Shown piece by piece: positions 28,241-37,331 of a stretch of DNA of 64,000 nt; position 1 is the stretch's first letter, and every line of letters begins with the position of its first letter. The notes under the pieces were generated by a model. It did not search any database, had not been told where the DNA came from, and saw nothing but the letters and a program-made list of their open reading frames with translations. This DNA comes from Candidatus Undinarchaeales archaeon. Its GTDB lineage: Archaea > SpSt-1190 > JASMDC01. The stretch is from contig JASMDC010000002.1 in assembly GCA_030753015.1 (NCBI GenBank), forward strand, positions 32,001 to 96,000. Direction: 5' to 3'. A program made the position numbers and the translations under genes.

Positions 28241-29503
28241 TTATGTCTTGACCGGCACCGGCTGCCCGCCCGGCAGGTCCTCGGCCTTCCCCGTGTCCTG
28301 TACGTAGCTGTAGAGCGCCCCCTCAAGCTCCTCGACCGTGGCGACCTGTTCGAGCTCTTGGGACAGCTGCTTGGCCCGACGGTTCCAGAACGGCTCGTGC
28401 TGTTCGATGTACTCGCGCACGATACCGGCGATCTCCTGTACCGGGACCTCCTCCATCGGAGCGAAAAGCGACTCCATGGTGCCCGCCTTGATCGCACCGT
28501 CCTCGTCACCGGCGATGCCGTACCTGCCGGCCACGCGCTCGTAGGTGCGTAGGGACGAGTCCATCTTGCCGAAGGGCAGGTCGGAGCCGAAGAGGATGCG
28601 GCCCTCGTACTCCTGGTGCCGCGAAAGGATGATGTCAGTGAGGCCGAGGGTGTACTTGCCGACGTCCTCTGGCTTCTCCACCTCGTTGTCCTCCAGGGAG
28701 AAGGGCATGGTGATGGAGAGGTCGAGGTACACGTTCTCGTGGGATGCCGCGACATCGGCCGCCTGGGTCACTGCAGCGGTGCGTGCCTTCGCCGATACTA
28801 CCCGTGAGCTCCCGCCGCAGCCGGAGTGGCCGATGATGATGGTGGTGTCCGGGGCCTTCTCGGCGAGCTTGCCCATACGGTAGGGCTCGCACATGATCAC
28901 GTCCTCCGGATTGTCCTGGTCGATGAGGTCGGGACGGGCCTGGGAGTGGAGGAGCACGGGCATGCCCAGGGCACCTGCCACACGCGCCACGGTAGCGGAC
29001 TCGTCCGAGTCGGCGGCGAACTTCTGCGCCCGGGGATGGAGCTTGAGCCCCTCGGCGCCCTCCAGACGGCACCGCACGACCTCGTACACAGCAGCGTACG
29101 GTCCTTCCGATCCTGTGGTGCCGTTGGGGTCCACCCGACAGAACGGGTTGAACCGGCCTTCGTACTCGTTGGCTGCCCACAGCACACGGTCGTTTGCATA
29201 GTGGAATGGGATGAGGACACCGTTGGGATCCGGCACGTTCCGGTCGCCCTCGTTGAAGGGGAACACGTTACACTGGCTCTGCGGTCCGTAGCCCGCGTCC
29301 ATAGCCTCAATGATCTCCTCGGGTGTCAGGCTCCGCTGTGCCTTTTTCTCCCCGACATGGTCGTACCCTAGGCTGGCCTGGACCTCGGCCATGTTCTCCC
29401 ATGTGTACGGTGCGGTCAGTGTCTCGATGCCGTCCGGGGCGTCCCACCCCATGTGGACGTGACAGTCGAGGATCTCCCTGTCCGTGTCGCCGTACTCGAT
29501 CAT
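28241..29503 (-). CDS. Metal-dependent amidohydrolase (TIM barrel, amidohydro_2-like)
   Basis: DCHVH, GLKLHP, LLHS, IGHSG and FGSDLPF motifs. Confidence 0.88.
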   Translation of the reverse strand: MIEYGDTDREILDCHVHMGWDAPDGIETLTAPYTWENMAEVQASLGYDHVGEKKAQRSLTPEEIIEAMDAGYGPQSQCNVFPFNEGDRNVPDPNGVLIPFHYANDRVLWAANEYEGRFNPFCRVDPNGTTGSEGPYAAVYEVVRCRLEGAEGLKLHPRAQKFAADSDESATVARVAGALGMPVLLHSQARPDLIDQDNPEDVIMCEPYRMGKLAEKAPDTTIIIGHSGCGGSSRVVSAKARTAAVTQAADVAASHENVYLDLSITMPFSLEDNEVEKPEDVGKYTLGLTDIILSRHQEYEGRILFGSDLPFGKMDSSLRTYERVAGRYGIAGDEDGAIKAGTMESLFAPMEEVPVQEIAGIVREYIEQHEPFWNRRAKQLSQELEQVATVEELEGALYSYVQDTGKAEDLPGGQPVPVKT

Positions 29504-29505
29504 GA

Positions 29506-30792
29506 TTACACCAGATACTCCATATTGGTAGATTTCTCGATGACATAGGATGCCAGGTCCTCGCCGTCGTTCACGGCATCGATCTGGACGTCGGCGCCGG
29601 AGCGGCCACTGTACACGCGCGCTTCCAGACGCTCGCGTACATCGTCCGGAATCTTGAGGTCATCGAGGACCGGCTTGATCTTCTCGTATGTCTCCTTGAT
29701 AGCGTCCTTAGCTGCGACCTCTACATCCTGGCCGTCCTTGGAATAGGTGATCGTGCCGTCCATGCCACCGTAGCCCACCTCGTCGATGTTCTTCTTGAGG
29801 ACATCGTTGTCCATCGCGATATCGTACGCGGGGCGGTGATCGGCCAGCCATGTGTCCGATGCGTCCAGCTGTGAGCTGAGCTGGGCGTACTGCTGGTCGC
29901 CGTCGGTCTCCTTACCGAAGAACTTGCGGATGCCCCGGCCCATGGCCGAGAAGATACCGGCATGGTAGACCTGTTCCAGCTGATCCTGCAGGTCGTTGCG
30001 CTCATGCTCTTTGTTGGCGAGTTCGGTCCAGTCGTAGTTACCGCTGGCCATTTCCTTCTTGGCGAACTCAGCGATGCCCCATATGAACGCGGCCACCGCG
30101 ACGTCCTCCTCGGCAGTGAGCTGGGCGTCGGGGCAGCGCACCTCCACGGTCCCCTTGAGCCGGTCGGAGTCCTTCTCTCCGGCGATGACGACCCCGCGGC
30201 CGTCCCAGCGCTCGCGCTTGAAGCTCAGGACCTCGGAGTGGGCCCGGTCCTCGTCGCCGTACACCACCGGATCGTTCGGGATGGTGCGGCCGTACTGCGT
30301 ACCGCCCATATTGGTGGAGTATATGCGGGCGTCCTTGCACCACTTACCCAGTGTGCCCTTCTTTGGCGAGTTGGAGGCGAGGGCGATGATCTCGGGGAGG
30401 TGGGCCCGCAGGGCCTTGGTGACGAACAGCGCCTCACGGTCGTCGGCAGCGCCGACGTGGGTGTGCATGGCCATGTAGCCGCCCTTGTCCGGATGGCGTG
30501 CTGCGGTCATGATCTTGTAGCCGCGGCCGGTGGCCTCGTCACGTACCTTCGTGACCATCTCTTTCATTTCGGTGTTCAGGTCAGTTAGGTTTTCGTAGGG
30601 GTGCGAGTTGATCTCGATACCCCAAACGCTGAATCCGAGCGCTGACGGGTAGTCGTGGTTGATACGGTCGTCGCTGCACGCGTTCTCGATCGAAGTGCAG
30701 TCAACGGGATTGCCATTGGGATCGACGATGATGAACTCCTTCTCCATGCCGATGGTGTGGCCGTCGTTCAGCTTGCCCCACGACATGATCAT
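29506..30792 (-). CDS. GCS2-family carboxylate-amine ligase, divergent paralog 7 with long helical insert
   Basis: GMEKEF, IEINSHP, MHTHVG, ALASNSP, VEVRCPD and RSGAD motifs. Confidence 0.85.
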   Translation of the reverse strand: MIMSWGKLNDGHTIGMEKEFIIVDPNGNPVDCTSIENACSDDRINHDYPSALGFSVWGIEINSHPYENLTDLNTEMKEMVTKVRDEATGRGYKIMTAARHPDKGGYMAMHTHVGAADDREALFVTKALRAHLPEIIALASNSPKKGTLGKWCKDARIYSTNMGGTQYGRTIPNDPVVYGDEDRAHSEVLSFKRERWDGRGVVIAGEKDSDRLKGTVEVRCPDAQLTAEEDVAVAAFIWGIAEFAKKEMASGNYDWTELANKEHERNDLQDQLEQVYHAGIFSAMGRGIRKFFGKETDGDQQYAQLSSQLDASDTWLADHRPAYDIAMDNDVLKKNIDEVGYGGMDGTITYSKDGQDVEVAAKDAIKETYEKIKPVLDDLKIPDDVRERLEARVYSGRSGADVQIDAVNDGEDLASYVIEKSTNMEYLV

Positions 30793-31781
30793 TCCCCTCC
30801 GTGGAACTCTTTCTCCAGCTCCACCGAATACTCGACGATCTGGCGCACTGCGTCCCTGCCATGGCCGGTGCTGCGCTCGAGATTGTAGAATCCACCAGGG
30901 GCGGAGTTAAGTTCCAGCACGATGTAGTCGACGTTACCGTCCTTATCGTATCGCTCCAGGATGTCCACACCGGAGAAGTGCAGGCCGTCACCCATGGCCT
31001 TCACGGCCTCGACCGCCAGCTCTGCGACCTTCTGGTATTCATTATCAGGGACCTTCTCTCCATGGCCACCGTTGTGGATGTTAGTGATCCAGTCGTTGTT
31101 GACACGATACATGGCGCCGATGCACTCGTCGCCCACCACGTATGCCCGGATGTCCCGAAAGCTCTGGTGCGGCCAGTACTTGAACACGTCCTCCTGGACG
31201 ATGTCCGTGCCCAGATTCACCTGCTTGAGCGCCTCTTCGGCGGTGTCCACCTTGCGGATGCCCTTGCCGCCGAAACCATTGGAGGGCTTGAGCACGTAGG
31301 GGCCCTCGACACGTTCGCAGAACTCACGGATATCATCGTAAGAATGAGGGATGACCGTCTCGGCCACGGGCACATCGGCCTGCTCCAGCAGCTGCTGGGT
31401 GCGCACCTTGCTCCCAGTGACCGGGTACATGTCCGGATCGTTGAGAACAAGAGTGCCGTTGGCCTCGAACTCGCGCAGGATGCCCGAGGGGGGCCCGGCC
31501 ATGAAGTTGATAATGACGTCGGGATCGCCGCCCAGCTCCTTGCGGATCTTCTGCTTGACGTGGCCGCCGCCGCTGTAGTGCTTGGGGAACTTCGCGTGCG
31601 CGCCGCGTACGCCGTCCATGGAGTTGACCGCTTCATCGAAGTACCGTCCCAAGGAGGAGTTCATGGAGTTGTCGATATTGTCATGATAGAGCACCTTGAT
31701 GGACTCGTCATCGAGTTCGAACCCGGTGAGCTTGTCCAACAGGTCGCGCCAACCGCTTATCGTGGCCACTTCCTGTGACAT
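30789..31781 (-). CDS. RimK/LysX-family ATP-grasp peptide ligase
   Basis: VLKPSNGFGGKGI, IVQE, DIRAYVVG, WITNIHNGG, GVDIL and ELNSAP. ATGA overlap with GCS2 paralog 7. Start uncertain (31781 or 31850). Confidence 0.88.
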   Translation of the reverse strand: MSQEVATISGWRDLLDKLTGFELDDESIKVLYHDNIDNSMNSSLGRYFDEAVNSMDGVRGAHAKFPKHYSGGGHVKQKIRKELGGDPDVIINFMAGPPSGILREFEANGTLVLNDPDMYPVTGSKVRTQQLLEQADVPVAETVIPHSYDDIREFCERVEGPYVLKPSNGFGGKGIRKVDTAEEALKQVNLGTDIVQEDVFKYWPHQSFRDIRAYVVGDECIGAMYRVNNDWITNIHNGGHGEKVPDNEYQKVAELAVEAVKAMGDGLHFSGVDILERYDKDGNVDYIVLELNSAPGGFYNLERSTGHGRDAVRQIVEYSVELEKEFHGGE

Positions 31782-31975
31782 CGATGAGCTGATGGGCACG
31801 TTAGTTTGCGCATAGGTATTCCCTATTCCTTTGGATGTAAAGAGCTGCACGTCCCGGTGTTTTTAAAGATTTCGAAACCGTGCGGTAGTAACACTTAATA
31901 TATCTCCCCCCGAAACACTGACGGCGGCCAATCCCGGCCATAGTCTTTTATATCTCGGCTTGGTCTTGAAAGGCC

Positions 31976-32692
31976 GTGCGCATCTCCATCGTCATACCGG
32001 CACATGACGAGGAAGGAGTGCTTGAGGAGATCGTCGAGGCCGTGATAGCGGGTACCTCGGAGCTCGACCGTGAGGTCGTGGTCGTGGACGACGTGTCCTC
32101 GGACCGGACCGGTGCCATCGCTGACGAGCTTGCGGTCCGGTACCCCGAGGTCAGAGTTCTCCATCGAACGAAGGACAACTCATTCGGTAATGCCCTACGA
32201 CATGGGCTGGCGAACGCAGAGGGAGAGGTTGTTATCCCCGTGATGGCCGACATGTGCGACGATGTGGCTACCATCTCCCGCATGGCTAAAGTAGCAGAGG
32301 AAACAGGAGTGGCCTTTGTGGTGGGCTCCCGGTACATGCCGGGTGGAGGCACTGTGGACCAGCCGAGGCTCAAGGGGTTGTTCTCACACACCTACTCGAG
32401 GATCTACTCGTTGATGTCGGGACACGCCATCACCGATATAACCAACGCCTTCAAGGCCTACCGGCGCGACGCTATCGAAGGGCTAGATCTTGATTCGGAC
32501 TGGTTCGATATCTCGGTGGAGATCCCGTCACGCATCCTTTTCGAGCGTAGTGGCGACTTCCGTGAGGTGCCGACGATCTGGACTGGACGCGCTGTCGGTG
32601 AGAGCAAGTTCAAGTTGTTCACCATGGGTAAGAATTACGTGCGCTGGCTCATCTTCGTCCTCCGTCATCGGTTCAGTGGTCGGTCGCGATGA
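31976..32692 (+). CDS. Glycosyltransferase family 2 (dolichol-phosphate mannose synthase-like)
   Basis: SIVIPAHDE, VVDDVSSDRT, MADM and VGSRY motifs. Confidence 0.88.
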   Translation: MRISIVIPAHDEEGVLEEIVEAVIAGTSELDREVVVVDDVSSDRTGAIADELAVRYPEVRVLHRTKDNSFGNALRHGLANAEGEVVIPVMADMCDDVATISRMAKVAEETGVAFVVGSRYMPGGGTVDQPRLKGLFSHTYSRIYSLMSGHAITDITNAFKAYRRDAIEGLDLDSDWFDISVEIPSRILFERSGDFREVPTIWTGRAVGESKFKLFTMGKNYVRWLIFVLRHRFSGRSR

Positions 32693-33465
32693 TCGCGCTC
32701 AAGCTGTTCTATAACGGAGAGGGATTTCATGGTTCACAGGTGCAACCCGAGGTACGAACCGTCGCGGGCGAGCTTGAGCGAGCGCTCGCATCCCTGGGTG
32801 CGACACAACGGGTACGGCTGGCATCGCGCACGGACCGGGGCGTCTCGGCCCTAGAACAGGTGGCCTGCTTTGAGCCTCCATCAGAAGGATTCCATCCAGG
32901 TGCTCTCAACGACCGCCTCCCCGACGATATCTGGGTATGGTCCTGGGCCGATGTCGATGAGAGCTTCAGGCCACGACACGCAACCGGTAAAGAGTACGTG
33001 TACGTCCATCCGGCACGGCTCGACGCTGACGCTGCACTCAAAGCAGCGACCATGCTCAAGGGGGAGCACGACTTCACCAATCTCAGCCGTCATGATGACC
33101 GCAGCACTCTCCGGACCCTGGATACAGTGGATGTGACGACCGGTGACTGCACGGTGTTCACGTTCCGGGCCTCGTCCTTCCTCCACGAGATGGTGCGTCG
33201 GTGCGTTACTTTGCTGGCCCGTGTTGGGGGTGGTGAGGCGGGCATTGACGCTGTGGCACGGGCGCTCGATCCTGATGCGACGGTGAATATCCCTCCAGCT
33301 GATCCACGCTGGCTCTACCTTTCCCGTATCTGGTACCGGGATGAGCCCGTGTGGCGTGATTTCGGGCCCGGTCGAGAAGCGGTGCGACGTTTCGTCCGTC
33401 GGATGGCGGAGGAGGCACGAGCACGACAGGGATTAGCGGGATTGGTGCTCTCTCGACTGGATTAG
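32689..33465 (+). CDS. truA: tRNA pseudouridine(38-40) synthase
   Basis: YNGEGFHGSQVQP, ASRTDRGVSA, GEHDF and FLHEMVRR motifs. Confidence 0.92.
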   Translation: MIALKLFYNGEGFHGSQVQPEVRTVAGELERALASLGATQRVRLASRTDRGVSALEQVACFEPPSEGFHPGALNDRLPDDIWVWSWADVDESFRPRHATGKEYVYVHPARLDADAALKAATMLKGEHDFTNLSRHDDRSTLRTLDTVDVTTGDCTVFTFRASSFLHEMVRRCVTLLARVGGGEAGIDAVARALDPDATVNIPPADPRWLYLSRIWYRDEPVWRDFGPGREAVRRFVRRMAEEARARQGLAGLVLSRLD

Positions 33466-34181
33466 GGCTCCTGGCGTGGTGGCGAGAGCACTCCCTGGGC
33501 GAGGTCGGAGATGTTCCCGACCGTGCGTACACGGATCCCTGGGCATGCTTCAGCAACGGGAAGGTCGCGCTGGACGAGGCGGACCTGGCCGGTCACAGGA
33601 TCCTGGCGTTCTTCCCATGTGACGACCTGGGCGTTCTCCTCGGCAACCCACAGCTCGCGCAGTCCTGCATCCAGGACCGCAGCGCACTTCGACGGGAGCT
33701 GAGCAACGCCCATGAGCGATCCGTCAGGGCGCACACCCGCGCTCACCGTGGTCCCCTCCCGCGGAACAGTACCATTGATAGCACAGGTCATGAGCAGGGC
33801 GAGGGCTGCACCGCCAGACCGCCCCACGAGCGAGGCGTTGTGGTCCGTTTCGACCGTCACACCCCTCTCTTCGAGTGAAGCGGACAGTAAAGTGCTCGCC
33901 ACGATCCGTGCCGAGTTGAACGCCTCTAGGAACGCCTCGTCGCCCGTGACGTCCACACTGTCCGTGTCGGAATCCGTCCGAACGCTGACCGTGAGCGAGA
34001 TCATCATCCCCTCTACTGGTGTGTTCTCCTTGAGGATGACGCCCGGGATCCCCAGAGTGCAGGAGCGGGAAGTTATCGGAGCTCCTGAGGACGGACCGGG
34101 CGAGCTACTGAGACACCCGACGACGAGCAAGCAAAGAGAGAGGACGACTGAGGTACTATGTCCGCACGCGGGGAGGATCAT
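33462..34181 (-). CDS. Putative lipoprotein with stand-alone Lon (S16) protease domain
   Basis: LVVG-C lipobox; VGRSGGAAL contains the candidate catalytic Ser and QLPSKCAAV the candidate Lys; no AAA domain. Confidence 0.7.
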   Translation of the reverse strand: MILPACGHSTSVVLSLCLLVVGCLSSSPGPSSGAPITSRSCTLGIPGVILKENTPVEGMMISLTVSVRTDSDTDSVDVTGDEAFLEAFNSARIVASTLLSASLEERGVTVETDHNASLVGRSGGAALALLMTCAINGTVPREGTTVSAGVRPDGSLMGVAQLPSKCAAVLDAGLRELWVAEENAQVVTWEERQDPVTGQVRLVQRDLPVAEACPGIRVRTVGNISDLAQGVLSPPRQEP

Positions 34182-34606
34182 TCTTGATCCACCGGACCGC
34201 TCTTCTCAGGATCCGCGGACTTCTTAAGGCGCTCGTCCCCGGATTCCACATCCTTTTCGTCCATACCATCACCCTTCTCGATAATAACGCGGGTCAGCTC
34301 AGCGGCCGCAGAGTACAGCTCATTGATCCTCTCGCTAGTCGTCGTGAGGCCGAGCCAGCGCATCGTGCTCCGAGAAACGCAGACGAGCCCGAAAGAGACA
34401 GGGACGGTGAGCACAACAGCATAGTCGCTCTGGGACGCGCCCTCCCAAAGGGTAAAGTACGCGAGCATCCCTGTGCTGAACACCGCCATCTCAGCCCACT
34501 CCCACCCGTGTCGGAGGAAGCCAATACTGCGGTTCGCGAAGATGTAACCGAAGAACATCCCGGTCATCCAGCCGAGGACGAAGATAAAAGTCGCACCGAA
34601 GAACAT
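34178..34606 (-). CDS. Hypothetical membrane protein (~3 TM)
   Basis: Three hydrophobic segments; lies in the operon after ffh, with an ATGA overlap to the next gene. Confidence 0.65.
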   Translation of the reverse strand: MFFGATFIFVLGWMTGMFFGYIFANRSIGFLRHGWEWAEMAVFSTGMLAYFTLWEGASQSDYAVVLTVPVSFGLVCVSRSTMRWLGLTTTSERINELYSAAAELTRVIIEKGDGMDEKDVESGDERLKKSADPEKSGPVDQE

Positions 34607-34615
34607 CGGCCATCC

Positions 34616-35965
34616 CTAGCCAAGACCGGGGAATCCGCCACCGCCCAGCTGCTTCATGACTTTTGACATATCCCCGCGGAACCGGCGCTTCTTCATCATT
34701 TTGATGAGCTTCTTGGACTGGTTGAAGTGGTTCACCAGTTCTTTGATCTCTTCGACCTTGGTTCCTGATCCTTGTGCGACGCGCTCCATTCGGGACCTGT
34801 TCAGGCGCTTTGGTTCCCGCAGCTCGTCGACGGTCATGGAGTCGAGGATGAAGCGGTACTTTTCCAGCTTCTCCTCGCTAGCGGAGAGCAGTTCGTCGGG
34901 AAGCTGGGCGCCGCCCATGCCCAGGAGCTCGAACACCTGCTTCAGGGGACCCATGCTCCGGGCGGCCTCCAGCTGGTCGTAGAACTCCACCAGCGTGTAG
35001 TCGCCCTTCATAAACGCCTCGGGATCCAGCTCGGTCTCCTCAACGGCCTCTTTTGCTTTTTCCAGCAGGGTGCTTATGTCCCCCATTCCTAGGAGGCGTG
35101 AGACGAACTTGGCAGGATCGAAGAGTTCCAGATCCTGGGGAAACTCGCCCGTACCGATGAACTTGACCGGTGCATCGGTGACGGAACACGCCGACAGTGC
35201 ACCTCCACCTTTTGCTGTACCATCGAGCTTCGTGATGACCACTCCGGTGACGCCCACGTTCTCGTGGAAGGCCTGGGCCTGGGCCCGGGCACCTTGGCCG
35301 ATGTCCCCCGAGAGCACCAGGAGTACCTCATGAGGCTTGAATTTGATGTTCAGGGCCTTGACCTCGGAGATGAGAGCGCTGTCCAGGCCGTCGCGGCCAG
35401 CGGTATCGACGATGATGACGTCGTACTTGTCGTCGAAGTGCTCCAGACCCTCGTTGAGGATGCGGACGGGATCGTCCGCCTTCGGATCACCGAACACAGG
35501 TACATCGATCTTCTTGCCCAGCTGGGCCAGCTGCTCGTAGGCTGCAGGTCGCCAGGTGTCCGTGCCGATGATGCACGAGGCAAGTCCCTTCTTCTTGAAG
35601 TAGAGCGCGAGCTTGGAACAGGTCGTGGTCTTGCCCGAACCGAAGAGACCGAGGAGCATGATGCGCATAGGGCGGTGCCGGAGGTTGATGTCGGGCGAGG
35701 TCCCTAGGAAGGTGACCAGCTCCTCGTAGAGGACGTTGATGATGTGCTCGCGCTTGGAGAGCGTACCGGCGGGCGGTTTCTCGAGGGCTTTCTCCTTGAT
35801 GGAGGTGGTCAGGGAGAGCACGAGCTTGATATCAACATCGGACATGATCAGCGCACGTTGGATGTCACGCACAATCTCTTCGATGAAAGCCTCATCGATC
35901 CAGGAGGACTTAGCCACCTTTTGCATGACGGCGCGTAGTGATGATCCCAGGTTGTCCAGTACCAA
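34616..35965 (-). CDS. ffh: Signal recognition particle 54 kDa protein
   Basis: GLFGSGKTTT, DTAGR, TKLDGTAKGGGALS and a Met-rich M domain; TTG start. Confidence 0.96.
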   Translation of the reverse strand: MVLDNLGSSLRAVMQKVAKSSWIDEAFIEEIVRDIQRALIMSDVDIKLVLSLTTSIKEKALEKPPAGTLSKREHIINVLYEELVTFLGTSPDINLRHRPMRIMLLGLFGSGKTTTCSKLALYFKKKGLASCIIGTDTWRPAAYEQLAQLGKKIDVPVFGDPKADDPVRILNEGLEHFDDKYDVIIVDTAGRDGLDSALISEVKALNIKFKPHEVLLVLSGDIGQGARAQAQAFHENVGVTGVVITKLDGTAKGGGALSACSVTDAPVKFIGTGEFPQDLELFDPAKFVSRLLGMGDISTLLEKAKEAVEETELDPEAFMKGDYTLVEFYDQLEAARSMGPLKQVFELLGMGGAQLPDELLSASEEKLEKYRFILDSMTVDELREPKRLNRSRMERVAQGSGTKVEEIKELVNHFNQSKKLIKMMKKRRFRGDMSKVMKQLGGGGFPGLG

Positions 35966-35966
35966 T

Positions 35967-36887
35967 TTACTCCTCCTCCTCCTCTTGTGTCGTTGAAGTT
36001 ATCTGTTCGATGAACCACTGGGGATCGAAGGATTCCAGGTCCTCATACTCCTGGCCTGTCCCGATGAACACGATCGGGCTACGCGTGACGTACGAGATGG
36101 AGAGCGAGGAGCCTCCTTTGGCATCAACGTCCACCTTGGTGAGCACGATACCATCGATGCCTACCTTCTCCTTGAAGGTCTTGGCCTGCTCGACGGCGTC
36201 GTTGCCCGTGAGCGCGTCGCCGACGAACATCACGAAGTCGGGGTGGTTCACTCGGATGATCTTCTCCAGTTCGTCCATGAGGTTGACGTTCGTCTGGATA
36301 CGGCCCGCGGTGTCCACCAGCACTACATCGATGCCCTTGGCCTCAGCGTGGCGAATGGCGTCGAAGCATACAGCGGCGGCGTCAGCCCCGTAGTCGTGCT
36401 TTATGACCCGTATGCCCAGGTTACGGCCGTGGACCTCCAGCTGCTCTAGAGCGGCGGCCCTGAACGTGTCGGCCGCGGCGAACACGACGCTTTTACCATT
36501 ATCCATGAGGAAACGGCCCACCTTGGCGATGGATGTTGTCTTGCCGGTGCCGTTGATACCAACGAACATGACGATGAATGGTTGCTTCTTCCCGGTCTCG
36601 GAAATAAAGTCCAGTGGACGGTCCAGGCTCTCGGTAATGACGTCCACTAGGGCCCGCTGCACGCTCTCGATAATGGCACCCCGGCGGATTCGGCTCCCTA
36701 CAAGAGATCCTCGGACCTCATCACACACCCGCTCGGCCACTTCGAGAGCGACATCGTTCTCGAGGAGTGCCATCTGGAGCTCCCAGAGCGGATCAGCGAG
36801 ATCCTGCTCACTGACCTCCTTGTCAAGGACCACCGAGGAGAATCCCGAGACGACCTTGTCGAGCTTGGAGCGGAGCGAGGCGAACAC
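35967..36887 (-). CDS. ftsY: SRP receptor FtsY (NG domain only)
   Basis: GINGTGKTTSIAK, DTFRAAA, DTAGR and TKVDVDAKGG motifs. Confidence 0.96.
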   Translation of the reverse strand: MFASLRSKLDKVVSGFSSVVLDKEVSEQDLADPLWELQMALLENDVALEVAERVCDEVRGSLVGSRIRRGAIIESVQRALVDVITESLDRPLDFISETGKKQPFIVMFVGINGTGKTTSIAKVGRFLMDNGKSVVFAAADTFRAAALEQLEVHGRNLGIRVIKHDYGADAAAVCFDAIRHAEAKGIDVVLVDTAGRIQTNVNLMDELEKIIRVNHPDFVMFVGDALTGNDAVEQAKTFKEKVGIDGIVLTKVDVDAKGGSSLSISYVTRSPIVFIGTGQEYEDLESFDPQWFIEQITSTTQEEEEE

Positions 36888-36899
36888 TTTGCTCAGCCG

Positions 36900-37331
36900 T
36901 TAGACCTGCTCGTCGGCCTTGATGGCCGTGGCCATGGACTGGATGTCCTTCTGGAGCATCTCCATGGCCTGCGAGATCTTCTTGAGGTTATTCTCGATGG
37001 TCGAGCGGTTATTCTCAAGACGGTCGAGATGGCCTTGGAGGATCTTCTTGCTGTCCTTGGTGCTCTTGCGCATCACGATGTTCGCACCTACGTGGACCAG
37101 CACGTTCTTGCGGTCTGATACGTTCGCACGGACGTACACATCAGGTCCTAGTGGTACGAGCACTCCCTTGTCGATGGCATTCATCTCATCGAGCGCTACC
37201 TTCGTGGTGGTGAGCTCGGAGAGGCTCTCGAGCACTATAGTGAGCTGTTCTTGGAAGCCCTGAGCCTGGTTCTTGAGGAGCTCGAGCTCGAGCAGCTTTT
37301 CTTGGAGCGCTCGCTTCTGCTCATCGTTCAT
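36900..37331 (-). CDS. pfdA: Prefoldin alpha subunit
   Basis: Coiled coils flanking VLVPLG...VLVHVGAN; conserved synteny. Confidence 0.92.
   Translation of the reverse strand: MNDEQKRALQEKLLELELLKNQAQGFQEQLTIVLESLSELTTTKVALDEMNAIDKGVLVPLGPDVYVRANVSDRKNVLVHVGANIVMRKSTKDSKKILQGHLDRLENNRSTIENNLKKISQAMEMLQKDIQSMATAIKADEQV

Noticed and set aside
19330-30792. Simple annotation as glutathione/gamma-glutamylcysteine or ergothioneine biosynthesis, or as pupylation
   Set aside because: There are no gshB, egtB/C/D, pup, dop or proteasome-ATPase neighbours in the window. Copy number and shortened architecture do not fit.
19260-31970. Island as a mobile element or provirus
   Set aside because: No integrase, transposase, terminal repeats or tRNA attachment site was seen, and composition looks similar to the flanks.
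31976-32692. GT2 as part of the ligase island
   Set aside because: It is divergently transcribed, overlaps truA, and looks like a generic dolichol-phosphate sugar synthase. A link cannot be supported.
34600-36900. SRP (7S) RNA near ffh/ftsY, and tRNA genes anywhere in the window
   Set aside because: There is no intergenic space or helix-8 motif here, and no cloverleaf/T-loop signature was found by eye in any intergenic gap.
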